The position numbers were made by a program, and so were the translations under genes. Below, one piece after another: positions 13,682-26,799 of a stretch of DNA of 64,000 nucleotides. The notes below the pieces were generated by a model, which saw only the letters and a list, made by a program, of their open reading frames with translations, was not told the DNA's origin and made no database searches. How positions within the stretch are numbered: the stretch's first letter is position 1; every line of letters starts with the position of its first letter. The stretch comes from Octopus sinensis (taxonomy: Eukaryota): positions 21,236 to 85,235 of the forward strand of contig NW_021833086.1 of assembly GCF_006345805.1 (NCBI RefSeq). Direction: 5' to 3'.

Positions 13682-14455
13682 CAGTTCTATATTTAAGAGA
13701 TGAAGAATTATGTACATTATTTACATTCGACGGATATTTGTCCTCATCTTGTTTGTTGTTAACACAACGTTTCGGCTGATATACCCACCAGCCTTCATCG
13801 GGTGTCTTGGGGAAATTTAGAACCAGGGTTCTCATTCCTAAGGTCTTTTTTCGATGTTGTTGTTGTTGTTATGGAGTGAATTTTAGGTCTTATAAATCTA
13901 ATATTTTTATATCCTTCCTTAATACCGGTTCCCATATGCTACTCGTATCTGCACTCGGTCTGCTTAGGAGGTTGTCGTTTCCTAGCATATGTGCTGCTTC
14001 TTTTAGTTTTCGTATTTTCCAGCAGTGTTCTCTGTCTATTATTTTAACTTCATGCCACAGGGCGAGGTTGTCTCCAGGTTTCCATATATGATCAGCTATG
14101 CCCGATTTACCTATATCTCCTCACGCCACAGCTTTGCAATGTTCGTCTACCCTAATTTTGAGGGGGCAGTATATTTCGGCTTTGTATAACCTGCCATAGC
14201 TGCATGGGTTGGAATACACGCAGCCTTTGGTCATATTCTCTTCTATTGGTGGTTTTACTCGAAGGAGATATTTGCGAAATGTATTACACTTGAATACTGT
14301 CCTGATGTCATATGGATCGCATATCCTTTGTATCTTTTCGGAGAGGTCTTTCACATATGGTAGACAGACTGTGGACAGTTTACTGGTTTCATCCTCTCTT
14401 TTCTTCTTAATTGGAGTGGATAATCAGACTGTAAACGAAGAAAACCATACGTAAC
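13682..14455 (-). mobile_element. Penelope-like element (PLE) 3' part: GIY-YIG endonuclease remnant plus terminal repeat
   Basis: Minus strand: CLPYVKDLSEKIQRICDPYDIRTVFK..CVYSNPCSYGRLYKAE..LKIRVDEH..KSGIADHIW..WHEVKIIDREHCWKIRKLKEAAHM..IWEP (one in-frame stop). Followed by a hammerhead-bearing repeat also found at 39417 and 43660. Confidence 0.85.
13761..13806 (-). ncRNA. Minimal type I hammerhead ribozyme, copy 1 (core U4>C)
   Basis: Minus strand GACAC CCGATGA A GGCTG-gtgggtatat-CAGCC GAAA CGTT GTGTT: stem I GACAC/GTGTT, stem II GGCTG/CAGCC, palindromic ACGT stem III. Confidence 0.75.
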
Positions 14456-14623
14456 AACTAAATTATGCGACCTTTAGATCTTATTTGGATAATCCGAAGT
14501 TAGGATTCTTGATGTTCGGATAACCAAGAGTAAACTGCATATTTAAATGCACGCACACACGCAAAACACCCCAATACGTACATGCACACACACACACACA
14601 CACATATATATATAATATATATA

Positions 14624-14673
<50 letters not shown>

Positions 14674-15534
14674 TTGTGTGAATGCGTGTTTGTGTCTATG
14701 TATGTGTAGGGCAGTAGGTGTGTATATACATGCAAAAATACACAAATGTACCTATACGAGGCGGGTGTGCACAGATATATACATATGAACACGCAGACTC
14801 CGAGAAGCATAATTAGCACGTATATAGATAGGCCTACAGAGTTGACATTGGCATATATTTTATATACACATGTACATATTTGTATGCGTGTGTGTGCGCC
14901 CACCCGTGTCTATGTGTGTGTTTGTGTGTGACGTGCGTGTGCACTTAAGTATTCTATATATTTATATTTATATATGTATGTATGTATGTATGTATGCATG
15001 TATGTATGTATGTATGTATGTATGTATGTATGTATGTATGTACGTACGTATGTATGTATGTATGTATGTATGTATGTATGTATGTATGTATGTATGTATG
15101 TATGTATGTATGTATATATATATATATATAATGTGCGTGTGGATGTGTTGTGTATGATACATGCGCGCTCATGGTTGCATATCTCTGTGTAGATAACATA
15201 TCAATATAACATCAATGTATGTGTGTATGTATGTGTATATATATGCGTGTGTGCGTGTAAATATGTATATATATATATATATATTATATATAACTGGGAG
15301 ATATGAAGAGAAGAGAACGCAGGCGTTCTTTTTTTTCTTTTGACATCCAATAAGAAGCAGAAAATGAAAAGGAACAATAAGCAAGCAAACAAAATCATAA
15401 AGTAACGCAAAAGCAAGATATGTGAGCATTTAGAGCGTGCGAAAGAGAGAGGAAGGAAGAGAGAGCGAGAGAGACAAAATGTACGAAAAGAGAAAGTGAG
15501 AGTCAAAGGTATCAAAGTAAGAGAGTGAGATAGT

Positions 15535-15621
<87 letters not shown>

Positions 15622-16454
15622 TATGTGGAAACAGAGGTGAAAGAAATAGACCATGTGTCATCTTTAAAGTTTTATTGATGGCACACTTTGCAGAAGTACA
15701 TACATCGTATGCTATCTTGCATCAAATAGATAAGGTAGGGTAACTTTTTAATGAGTACTTCTGATATGCCAACAAATGATAATGAAGATATTAATAACAA
15801 CGACGGATACGACAATGACGACGACGACGACTGCAAGAACAACAGCGGCTCAACGAGGGAGTCGTCCCTACGTGGTTCATTGACCTGCTAAAATAAAAGC
15901 TAAATCTCTCTCAAATTTCTCCCAACACACTTTAGAAAAAAAATGACATATTGGATTAGTATTTAGGTTGCGATACATACGGTTTTAGAATAAAAAAAAA
16001 GAAAACGAGATGACAACCTCTGGAACACCTTTGATCATTGCTAGATCATTGGTGACCTTGGGGCTAGATATCATCCATTGCAAGATGACCAAAATCACTG
16101 CCACCAGCAACAACAGAAAACAGGAATATCGATGCTTTCTACAAGGTACAACGGTTCAACTTTAGAGAGGAGGTGTTTAGTGATTGGTAAGGACGCCAGG
16201 CTTGAGTTGTACATTATTATACCGGTCACTGCAAAGACAGAACATATTGTCTACTAGGGTATCAAGTTACCGTTTTCTATAACCCACCAATCATTGGTGC
16301 TTATCGATTAAATCAACTCCAGCACTTGACTGGTCCTTTATTTCAATAGCTCCACAAAACTAAAACTAAAGATCACTTCGGCAGGAAGTAAAGAATCAGA
16401 AGAAATATTTCAAGCGGTTCTGCCAATGCACCAAATTACCATAAAAATAATAAT

Positions 16455-16670
16455 GATTTCAAATTTTAGCACAAAGTCAGCAATTTCAGGGAAGAGGGTA
16501 AGTCGGCTAAATCAACCCCAGTGTTTAACTGGTACTTATTTTATTGACTCCGAAACGATGAAAGGCAAAGACGACCTCTGTGGAATTTGAATTCAAAACG
16601 TGAAGATGGACGAAATGCCGTTAAGCATTTTGCCCGGTGTTCTAGCGACTCTGTCAGCTCCCCGCCTTAA
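16455..16670 (-). mobile_element. SINE family A
   Basis: actggtacttattttattgactccgaaacgatgaaaggcaaagacgacctctgtggaatttgaattc...ccgcctta. Confidence 0.85.
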
Positions 16671-16859
16671 CAACAACAACAATAATAATACTAATGTTGT
16701 CTTTATTAACCACCAAGAGTTCACAAAAAACGGTACAGGACAATACAATGTAGGGTTACATAAAACGGAGCGTGTATACAATGAAAAACGATAAAAAAAA
16801 TAAAGAAATTCCCCAAATGTGGGAGACTTACTAGGTCTGCTAGTGGAAACCACGTAAAA

Positions 16860-18290
16860 CCACGGAGGCCTTGACCACTAAGGCAAGTGCTCTCTCCTCA
16901 TCGTCTATAGGTGGTTGACTTGGACTATTCTTGCCACATTCACTTACCTTTCAACAAAACGGCTGGGAGGCAGCACCTCCTTATCTATCCTTACTTTTCT
17001 TTTCAAGTGAAATTGATGAGAACTTGGCCAAAGAGGAAAATATCTGTCTTCAGCCCTTTCAATCTGGTCCACCATACAACCTCATTCGCAAAGGCTAACA
17101 GGAAAAGAAACACTATCGGTCCTTCATGGCCAAAGGAAGGCAACAGCATGAGCTTCACAATGGATTCAGCCGATAACCGGATCTGTCATATATATGACAG
17201 TAGCGAAGGCGGTGAGCTGGCAGACACGTTAGCGCGCCGGGCGAAATGCTTAGCGGTATTTCGTCTGTCGTAACGTTCTGAGTTCAAATTCCGCTGAGGT
17301 CAACTTTGCCTTTCATCCTTTCGGGGTCAATAAATAAAGTACCAGTTTCGCACTGGGGGTGATATAATCGACTCAACCCTTCGTCTGTCCTTGTTTGACC
17401 CCTCTATGTTTAGCCCATTCTGGGCAGTAAAGAAATATATATATAACAGTAGCTGCTCCACATAAACCCACAAGTCAGAAATACTCGGATACTGGACAAG
17501 AGCGTGCAGAACAGTTTTGTCACTCAGCGCGCATCTTGGGCAAACCCGACTGACTGCACAGAGCCTATCCCGAATTTATCCCGAACCAGCAATGCGCCAT
17601 CACCCGGTAGCACAGCCAGGCGAAGGATTTCTGGAAATTGTCCATAAGCTCCGGCCTGAAAGTCCTCTGGAACAAGCCAACCAGTTGAATCTTGTCGACG
17701 CCCAGAGTCTCCTCGGGAACTGCAACGTACTAGCCTGCCCCTAATTCTCTACAGACCGCTAAATTGAACTCGCCACCGATCATCGTGCCCGTATGACTGA
17801 GGGTTGAGAGTACTTGAAGGTATTCCACTTTGCCATGCGCTTTCGCTCGGTCTCTGTTTGACTAAGGACTGCAGCTCCTTTAAGGAGATCAGCTGAGGAA
17901 ACACGCATCTGGTAAACGGTGACCATACCTGCTCACCGTGAAGCAAGCGCTGGAGATGTCGCAGCCTTAGCGCATGTTTGCACATCATCATTTAATACAA
18001 GCCCAGTTTACTATACTGCGGGTGTTAACATGAGATGGACCACCTGACCATCAGAAAGCGTTTCTTCCACGGAGACCGGGACAAAGCACAACGATCAGCC
18101 GATCGTAGATGACTGATACTATGTACGCATTAACTACATCTGTCTGCGCTTTCAGGGATAGCTTCCTCTCGGTACAATTCTGGGTGAGAGTTGATGAATA
18201 CAAAGGAAGCATTACTGGTGTAAGTAAGAAAGGCAGAAAGGCATTTAGGATAAGATGAAATACAAAAAGACAGAAAGAAAGAGAAAACAA
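16860..18290 (-). mobile_element. L1/Tx1-clade LINE ORF2 3' fragment, interrupted by a SINE
   Basis: Minus-strand frames give RTFRPELMDNFQKSFAWLCYR, a zf-RVT-like C..C..H..C region, VEQLLS..RLSAESIVK and EVVWWTRLKGL. Frameshifted. Confidence 0.7.
17205..17436 (+). mobile_element. SINE family A with 17-bp target-site duplication
   Basis: Full A/B-box head and core. Flanks atatatatgacagtagc (17188-17204) and atatatataacagtagc (17437-17453) match at 16/17. Confidence 0.92.
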
Positions 18291-18479
18291 CTAGAAGGGT
18301 AAGAAAATGCTCCGCTGGTTCTTTTGAGAGATAATACGAAACAGTTCCACATAAAAGATTGATGTACTTACGAAAAAGTTACATATAACCTAAAACAGAG
18401 ACCTTGAATGAGCGTCACGGGAAAAAGTGTTGAGAACAAACTACATTAAACACAGAAATAACCATTCTTTGGAATAGAG

Positions 18480-18860
18480 CAAATGCAGAATGTGTAGTGA
18501 ACCTAGAGACACAGTGTGGTATATTTTGCATCAAATTGGCTCGGAGGGGATATAAGAGAAAGCATGACTATGTCTCTAGATTGGTTTTCTGGAGACTTTG
18601 TAACAAGTTTGGACTCAGAAGACAGCAGAATCGAAAAGAAAAGAGAGTGAAACGTTGAGATAAAGAGAGAAATCTAATAACTATGTTCAATGAAAGAGGC
18701 GTATATTGTGCAAATAATTTTTGGTGCCCTAGGTATAGTGAGCCAAGAAATTAAAATGTGCTGGGGAAAGATAGACATAAAAACAAAAAGAATATGGAGA
18801 AAACAGATTACTTGGCACTGCAAATTTAGTTCATACTAATTTAGTTCACAGGAAGCGAAT
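18480..18860 (+). mobile_element. Degraded R4/Dong-type LINE 3' fragment
   Basis: YKRKHDYVSRLVFWRLCNKFGL, FGALGIVS and LGTA remnants. Confidence 0.55.
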
Positions 18861-20020
18861 AGCTAGTATGTTAATGACATTGTTCATTGAAAACTATATA
18901 AAAATATATGTAACTTGAATAGAGTTAATAGGTGAAACATCTACTGGAGCCGAAAATATGGGGTAATGTTAAGTCGTGTGACATGAACATTCAAGGTGAT
19001 CAAATGACATTGTTGTGGCCAATAAAAAGTAGAAAAAGAACTCCACACCTAGGTGATATATTATAGCTTCGCATGAACGGTATTTTACAGATGGAAATTT
19101 GAAAATATAAATTTTTATTTAAAAAAAATTGAAAGTGTTCATAACATTTGTGAAATTCAAAGTCGATGCACTCAAAAACATTTATAACATTCTACAATAA
19201 ATCAACTCTAAGTAAAAACTTAAGCAAAAACTTCAATATCAAAAACAAAATAGAAACGTCTGAATTTAATTAACTTGAAAATAGTCACATAGAATTCGCG
19301 GTTATCTCTTCCTTGCCATTGAATTAAATAAATAGATTATTCAAGAGACGATGTGATCCAGATATCATCTTTAGGCAAAATAAATTTTCCTGTTGGTTTC
19401 GACTGTCGAATGAAACTAGCTAATAAATTTGGTGTGTGTGCAAGTCTTAGTAAACAGTTTCCAATTGATCATACTGTAAGATGTATAGGAATTCATTATT
19501 TATTAAACGTCAGTAATTGAATATGCATTTACAATTATTGTCTTTCTTCAAATATGGTGGTTTGTCATGTATAAAGAGAGCACGAGCTGTGGCAGTTTTC
19601 AGCATATTTGATGTGGAGAATATTAAAAAAAAAAGGGTGTGGGGGTTAGAAATAACGTTAGCAGACTGCAAGTTTATTTTTCAGTTTATCAGTAAAGACA
19701 GAAGGCAACTTCATGCATGTTTCTTCTTTTTCCTTTTTTGATTATGGTATCTTTCGCAAGGTACATTTTTCAACTAAATTGCTGAATAAGTAGAGTTTAT
19801 TTTCGTTTTCGCATTGCACGTATTAAGAACAAAAACTGACGGTATTCAAAATATGTTAGCATATAATTATTGTTTAATTCCAGTTTTGACAAATATTATC
19901 CATCCATCCATCCATCCATTCATCCATCCATCCATACACATATACATACATGCATGTATGTATGTATGTATGTATGTATGTATGTATGTATGTATGTATG
20001 TATGTATGTATGTATGTATG

Positions 20021-20909
20021 TTTATTTGTCAGAGCATTCTCAAAGGAGTTTGGTCAGAATAAATACTGCTATATGGTTGCGAAAAAAATGAAAACTGTAA
20101 ACCAGACGAGCAACATCTCCACCAATGACTTGACTGTTTTCCCTATATCTGATGAAAATGTTGCAGGTATCTAGGGGTGGATGAAAACATATCTTACAAT
20201 GGCACCTGTAACAAAACACGAGTCACTAAAGAATATTACAACCGAATAAAGAGAATTAGGACCTCGGAACTCTCTGCATTCAATAAAACAGTGACCCACA
20301 ATGTGTTTGCAGTGCCAGTATTCATTATCAACATTTGAGCTGCTAGATTGGACGCTTGCTGAGATCCGAGTTATTGATGTGAAAACCCGGAAGATACTAA
20401 CAAGCACACATAATTTTACGCATCAGCAGTGACATAGACCGCCTCTACCTAAAACGAAAACAAAGCGACAGAGGTTTAACATCGATCCAAACTGCCTTTG
20501 AAAGTCGTATCATATCCCTTCGGCAACATCTTTTAACCACAAAGTGTTTAAGTGCATCCCTTAACCAAGTTTGCATACATGAGGCTGATAACATCAAAAT
20601 ACTTGGAAGGCAGCTCCTTCAGCAACATTCCTAGTCTGATAACCTTAAATACATTCCCAAATAAATCGTACAACTCTACTGCAACATATCATCAGATGAA
20701 AGGATAAACGTGTATGAGCAGAAGACCATGCATGGATATGTTAGGAGAAAGCTCCGAGATGCTAGTAACATTAATCATCAAAGCAGTCTATCGTGGACCA
20801 ATATCCAGATTACTACCTCCCACTTTGAAGAGTATGCGTTTGCAATCCAGGAAAAGGAAATTAGTTTAGATGTACTTACATCATGAAGTACATGAAGTAT
20901 ATATTTGTT

Positions 20910-20943
<34 letters not shown>

Positions 20944-21870
20944 GAAACAAAAATGCACATATACATACATACATACATACATACTTACATACATGCATGC
21001 ATGCATACATACATGCATACATACTTACATACATACATACATTCATACATACATACATACATACATACATACATACATACATACATACATACATACATAC
21101 ATACGTGCATGTGGTATTTGGTTGATATTTCCAAGAACATGAAATATCCAAATACCTGACGCACAAATGGGACAGAGTTGCAGGAAGCAGCAAAATGTGA
21201 CAACCGATGCAGTCATTGTGGAGCTATCATAAACAGTTGTTTGAAAATGTCATCACAGTATTAACTATCGATTAGACAAGATGTTGTAGCTACGACATTA
21301 TATTATGAAAGTCGTCGGAAAGATAACCTCGGAGACAAAGAAATAAGAACCCACAATATGGTAGAAGTCAAAGCCACTCATAATAAATAGGAGTTCTGGT
21401 GGTATGCCCCAGTGAAAACCTCAATAAAATGTAAACACGATAGACTGGTATAATGGTTTGGGATAGAGAAGAGAAACTAGAGTTGTGGAAATCAGATGTC
21501 CAGCGGATGTAAACATAAAACGGAAGATCAGTGAGAAAGAGAATACGTACTCTGAATTATTGAGAAATCTGTAGTTGCTCTATCCATATTGCAAGTTCAG
21601 GTTTGTACCTATAATCAATGGGGCACTGAGAAATGTAACGCACTGCCTAAACAGCGAACTTGAGAAATTAGGCTTTTCAAAACCAGAAAAGAGAAAGCTG
21701 ATTCGAAGACAACAGATCCAAGCCATCAATGGAACTGTAAAAATCTGTAAAATTTACCAGAAGTTTATCATTTAAGTATATATGAACATGTCTAGATATA
21801 CAAGTGAGAAGACATGAACATGTCTAGATATAGACGAGAAGACATACATAAAACAAAACATACAAATCTA
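20021..21870 (+). mobile_element. R4/Dong-type LINE (CATA-tailed family), 5'-truncated, copy A, with internal microsatellite segment
   Basis: YLGVDENISY..SELSAFNK..LDWTLAEIRVIDVKTRKILT..DIDRLYLKRK..AFAIQE and ..INGTVKIC. The 3' UTR runs into (CATA)n. Confidence 0.88.
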
Positions 21871-21874
21871 CACA

Positions 21875-22135
21875 TATACATACGTACATGCATACATGCA
21901 TACACATACATACATACACATACATACATACATACATACATACATCATACATACATACATACATACATACATACATACATACATACACACACACTCATGC
22001 ATACATACATACATACATACATACATACATACATACACACACACTCATACATACATTCATACATACATACATACATACATACATACATACATACATACAT
22101 ACATACATACATACATACATACATACATACATACA
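21875..22135. repeat. (CATA)n microsatellite
   Basis: Directly visible. Confidence 0.95.
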
Positions 22136-22339
22136 GATTTCCGCAAGTGTGCATGTATGATATCTACTTCTCACAACATGACTTCGCAAGATATAAAATT
22201 ACGCTCAGTTAATATAATGGCGGAACGATAAGTTTATACATAATAAGGGTTATGCTATAATGACCCCTTTGTTCATGAATGACCATGATATTGCACCTAG
22301 AAAGTTCCCGTCCGAACTACAAATCCGGGCAAGGTTGTT

Positions 22340-22590
22340 CATGGAAGACCAGCAGTCGCCCATGCATGCCAGCCTCCCTTCTCCTCGCCACAGATATTAT
22401 CCAAGGGTAAGGCAAAGGGGCCGATACAGCTTGGCACCTGACACGTCGCAACTAATTTCTACAGCTGAGTGAACTGGAGCAACGCGAAATAAAGTGTCTT
22501 GCTCAAGAATACAACACGCAGCCCGGTCTGGAAATCGAACTCACTATCTCATAATTGTGAGCCTGGCGCTCTAACCACTGAGCCATACTA
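22340..22590 (-). mobile_element. SINE family C
   Basis: Minus strand tatggctcagtggttagagcgcc...gagttcgatttccagaccgggctgcgtgttgtattcttgagcaagacactttatttcgcgttgctccagttcactcagctgt. Confidence 0.85.
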
Positions 22591-22606
22591 TATGTGCAAT
22601 ACATCT

Positions 22607-22664
<58 letters not shown>

Positions 22665-23274
22665 GTGTGTGCGTGCGTGTCTGTCTGTGTTTGAGTGTCT
22701 GCATGTGTGTGTGTGTGCATATGTACATACATACATACATACATACATACATACATACACATATACATACATACATACGTGTGTGTGAGTGAGTGTGTAT
22801 GTGTGCGTTTTTAGAGTTTATGCTTACCATTGTGTCAAGTCTGTTTTCATTATTTAATATAATTTAGTGATTCTTTGAAAGAGAGCGGTTGATAAAAAAA
22901 TACCAGACTGTAAGAGGAATCTGTAAAAGCTGATTGCATTTAAATGTCATTTTTTGTTCTTATTAAGAATTTTTTTGCCTTCCTTTTAAATCCTTTATAT
23001 TTTGTTTGAAGCTATAAAGATTTTAATTGCGTCGACGTGTCGCTATTCTCCTGGATGAAGTAATTATAGTTAATGTCATTCCATTGCAGTCATTTTTATG
23101 TTCTGTTTTATCGTTAATGTAACAATATACAACAAATACTCAATAAAACCAAACAAGGCATACATAAACTTTATTATCCACAAACCAATGTAATTTTTGG
23201 CATATATGAACACGTTACCAAAAGAGAAAAAAAAAAAAAGAAACAGAATTATAAATAAGCGTTAAATGTTGATT

Positions 23275-23470
23275 TCAAATTTTGGCAGAAGACCAGCTGT
23301 TACAGGGGAGGAGGCAAGTCGATTACATCAACCCCATTGCTCAGCTGGTACTTATTTTATCGATCTAGAAAGGATGAAAAGCCAAGTCGACTTCGGCGGA
23401 ATTTGAACTCAGGACGTGAAGATGGATGAAATGCCGCAAAGCATTTTGCCAGGCGTGGTGCCGATTCTTC
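23275..23470 (-). mobile_element. SINE family A
   Basis: ctggtacttattttatcgatctagaaaggatgaaaagccaagtcgacttcggcggaatttgaactc. Confidence 0.82.
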
Positions 23471-24794
23471 ATGCGCCAAATATTACACATATATAAAGAC
23501 ACGAAAGTCAATTTAAAAAAAATTAAACCCACTAGTAACAAACAACAAGCCAGCAAGCCACTGACTTAATTTCGGCTGAATTATATAATTTACGCATTTG
23601 TACGCATTAATTGCAAGTTGTAAACATCGACTAGAGTATATATAAACAATATTTTTACGCCATATTATTATGAATCTACAACAAAGGGCTAGCGCTAATC
23701 TTTACATCAAAAACATAGATCAAATCTTGTTAGCATACCATGTTCATATAATGAAAGTTATGATATTTTTACAATATATTACAGGTACTATATACGGGAT
23801 CATAACAGTGGAAAAGGCTCGAATTCCCGGCGCCAGTTTGTGACGTCAAATATCTATGGTAGTGACACCAGTGACCAGAAAAATGGAAGTAAGTTACAAA
23901 AATTATTATTTATTCTTTGTTAATTTTTGGGTGGAGGCCATTGATATTTTTAGGTCTTTTGTTTTACACGCAGTGGACTACATTTCCTTTACAGACAACA
24001 AGGCTTAATTTGAGGGCGATTTTGTTACAATTTTTAACAAGTAGAGTGGCAGCGTAGAGAATTCTTTCCTGGTTAGATTTACTTAAGCCAAAGATTTCAT
24101 GATAAATTTTAAGTAACTGGAAATTACGAAAATTTTACGATGTATTCTGGAGGAGAGATGTATTTTTACTTTTCGTAGAGGTCATTTTTCTTTATGGTAT
24201 ACTAATATGTTTTCTTTTCCGAATTGTATTAACCATTTTTATGGTGCAGACCATCACTAGTTTGCTTGGGCTCCCAATATTTTCTGGAATTTATCAAGCG
24301 GGGAGACAAAGTTCCTCTGAATGCAGTCAATTGTCAGTTAAATAAATAGAGCCATTACTACTAAAGTTAAAAACTAAGTTCTCCTTAAATTATACTTGTA
24401 TTTAAGATGATTTTAAAGACAACGTTGTATAATTTGTATAAAAATCTATGCCTTATACTTAAAAATAAAAAGAGGCTAGTCATTTTAGATCGGCTTAATA
24501 AATGTTGGTCTGGAACCGAACAACTCTGTGCACAAGGCAATGATGAACCGTCAATGTGATCATTTGATATGTTAGACATACCAGCTAAATATCCCTCTGA
24601 TTTAAATAGAAAAAATGGCACATTTGATGATGTATAATATTAGTTTTTACTCTCAGTATCATACTTGTTGCACTATTTTTGTGTTGTTTTTGTTTTAATT
24701 TTATAAGAAAAGACTAATTTTATTCTTTCTTCCCAGTCTTAACCAAATAACTTTTCATCTCTTCGTGTCTTCTTTGTCTTAGTCGCTAAGCCTA

Positions 24795-24914
24795 CATACA
24801 CACATATATATGTGTATATATATGTGTATACATATATGTGTGTATATATATATATATATGATATATATATATATATATACATACATACATATATGTATAA
24901 TATATATATAATAC

Positions 24915-24948
<34 letters not shown>

Positions 24949-24960
24949 ATAGTATATATA

Positions 24961-25013
<53 letters not shown>

Positions 25014-25306
25014 TATATATATAATATACAATATATATATATATATATATAGTTTATATATATATATGTATATATATTATAACGTAAGGGGGATCAGCCA
25101 TCTGAATGTGGCTAGGGACAGGGCGGGGTGGTGGGGGTGTTACTGATGCTTTTAGCCCAGGCGATCATCAACGTCACCAGAAGGGCTGACACCATCTCAG
25201 TGTCCTTGTTTGCCTGCAAAGGGAGGTCATCCTCCCTCGAAGATACGAATACTACATACGGACGGTTTCGAGGTCATTGCCTCTTATCAACATATATATA
25301 TAGTAT

Positions 25307-25375
<69 letters not shown>

Positions 25376-25387
25376 ATATACACACAC

Positions 25388-25421
<34 letters not shown>

Positions 25422-25440
25422 GAATATATATATATATGTG
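24795..25440. repeat. (AT)n arrays flanking a ~210-bp GC-richer insert (25085-25295)
   Basis: Directly visible. Confidence 0.9.
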
Positions 25441-25455
25441 TGTTGTGGTGTGGGA

Positions 25456-25683
25456 TGCGGCACTTTGGTCTAAAAACACTACTTTGCTTTAAACCTCTTT
25501 GGTCTGAAAGCATTTCATCTATAGACAAAATAGTTATTAGACTAAAGTGAATTTAGAAAAAAAATGTCTTTATACAAAAGGGCATTTAGACGAAAATATC
25601 TTTAGACTATAGTGTATTTATACAAAATCACTTTAGACCAAAGTTCTTTAGACCGAAGTGTTTTAGACGAAAATCCTAGATCC

Positions 25684-25686
<3 letters not shown>
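25456..25686. mobile_element. Modular element built of ~15-16-bp 'tttagacNaaa' subrepeats, partly inverted; probable non-autonomous DNA transposon
   Basis: Two tttggtct(a/g)aaa units at left, about 10 ttaga(c)Naaa units at right. Ends tgcgg...ccgta. Confidence 0.5.
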
Positions 25687-25764
<78 letters not shown>

Positions 25765-26119
25765 TATGTGTCTGTGTGTCTGTGTGTCTGTGTGTGTCTG
25801 TGTGTGTGTGTGTGTGTACTGTTGTTGTTAGGGATTTGCACTGTGTAGACGATACATTCACGTCCACACACACACACACACACACACACACGCAGGCGCA
25901 CGCGACAACACACATACATTCATACATACACACGTGGGTCTATGGGAGTATCGTCTACACGATGCTAACCCCTAACGAGTAACAGACGTATCCGATATTT
26001 ATTGAAGCTACAGTAATACTGCATGTGTATATATCAACATATATGCGTATGCATGTATATGTGTATGTACGTAAGTCTATATTGTAAGAATTTATGGCTT
26101 TTTCGACGTTTAGTAACGT

Positions 26120-26420
26120 AGACCAAGTGTACCGGGGATTACATGTACAAAATATAAATTATAAAAAGCTGTAAGTTTCCAAGCAGTTGTCCATAAATGT
26201 TTTCTTTCTCAATAATTTTGAATTAAAAGTTCACATCCGTTTGGCAACTGGCCTGCTGCACACCAAGGTATCTCTGTACTTGAAGCTGCAGGGGAATCAG
26301 ACAGCTTTCCGTTGCTGGCTTGCCTTTAGTGAAAATTATTGCTTTGTCGACAAGTTTGTAAGTTCTGCTGTCAATTCTAGTTTTACGACATATTCTTCCT
26401 CTCGTATAATCATACAAAAC
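26120..26420 (-). mobile_element. Degraded R4/Dong-type LINE 3' fragment
   Basis: Minus strand KENIYGQLLGNLQL..IPGTLG; shares tttccaagcagttgtc..aaatgtt.tctttctca with 3515-3550. Confidence 0.45.
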
Positions 26421-26616
26421 AAAAGGAACTGAGAAATGAAGTATCAGAGTTTAGGGGAACTAATGGACGTAGCTTTAAACACTTTAAACCGGAAATATGG
26501 TTGTCTCTTTAACTTTAATAATTGTTATCAAAGAAAAAGATGGTGCAAAAAGAAACACACGCACCTACTCACACGCGTCTTCTTTTTCTCTTCCCTATAA
26601 TATGCGTGTGCATGTT

Positions 26617-26667
<51 letters not shown>

Positions 26668-26710
26668 GTGAGTGAGTGCGCATATATATATATATATATA
26701 CCACGCACTC

Positions 26711-26745
<35 letters not shown>

Positions 26746-26767
26746 ATATATATACACGCCACTCATA

Positions 26768-26799
<32 letters not shown>

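Noticed and set aside
23835-23850. TGACGTCA (CRE) palindrome
   Set aside because: A single 8-mer is expected by chance in 64 kb and has no supporting context.
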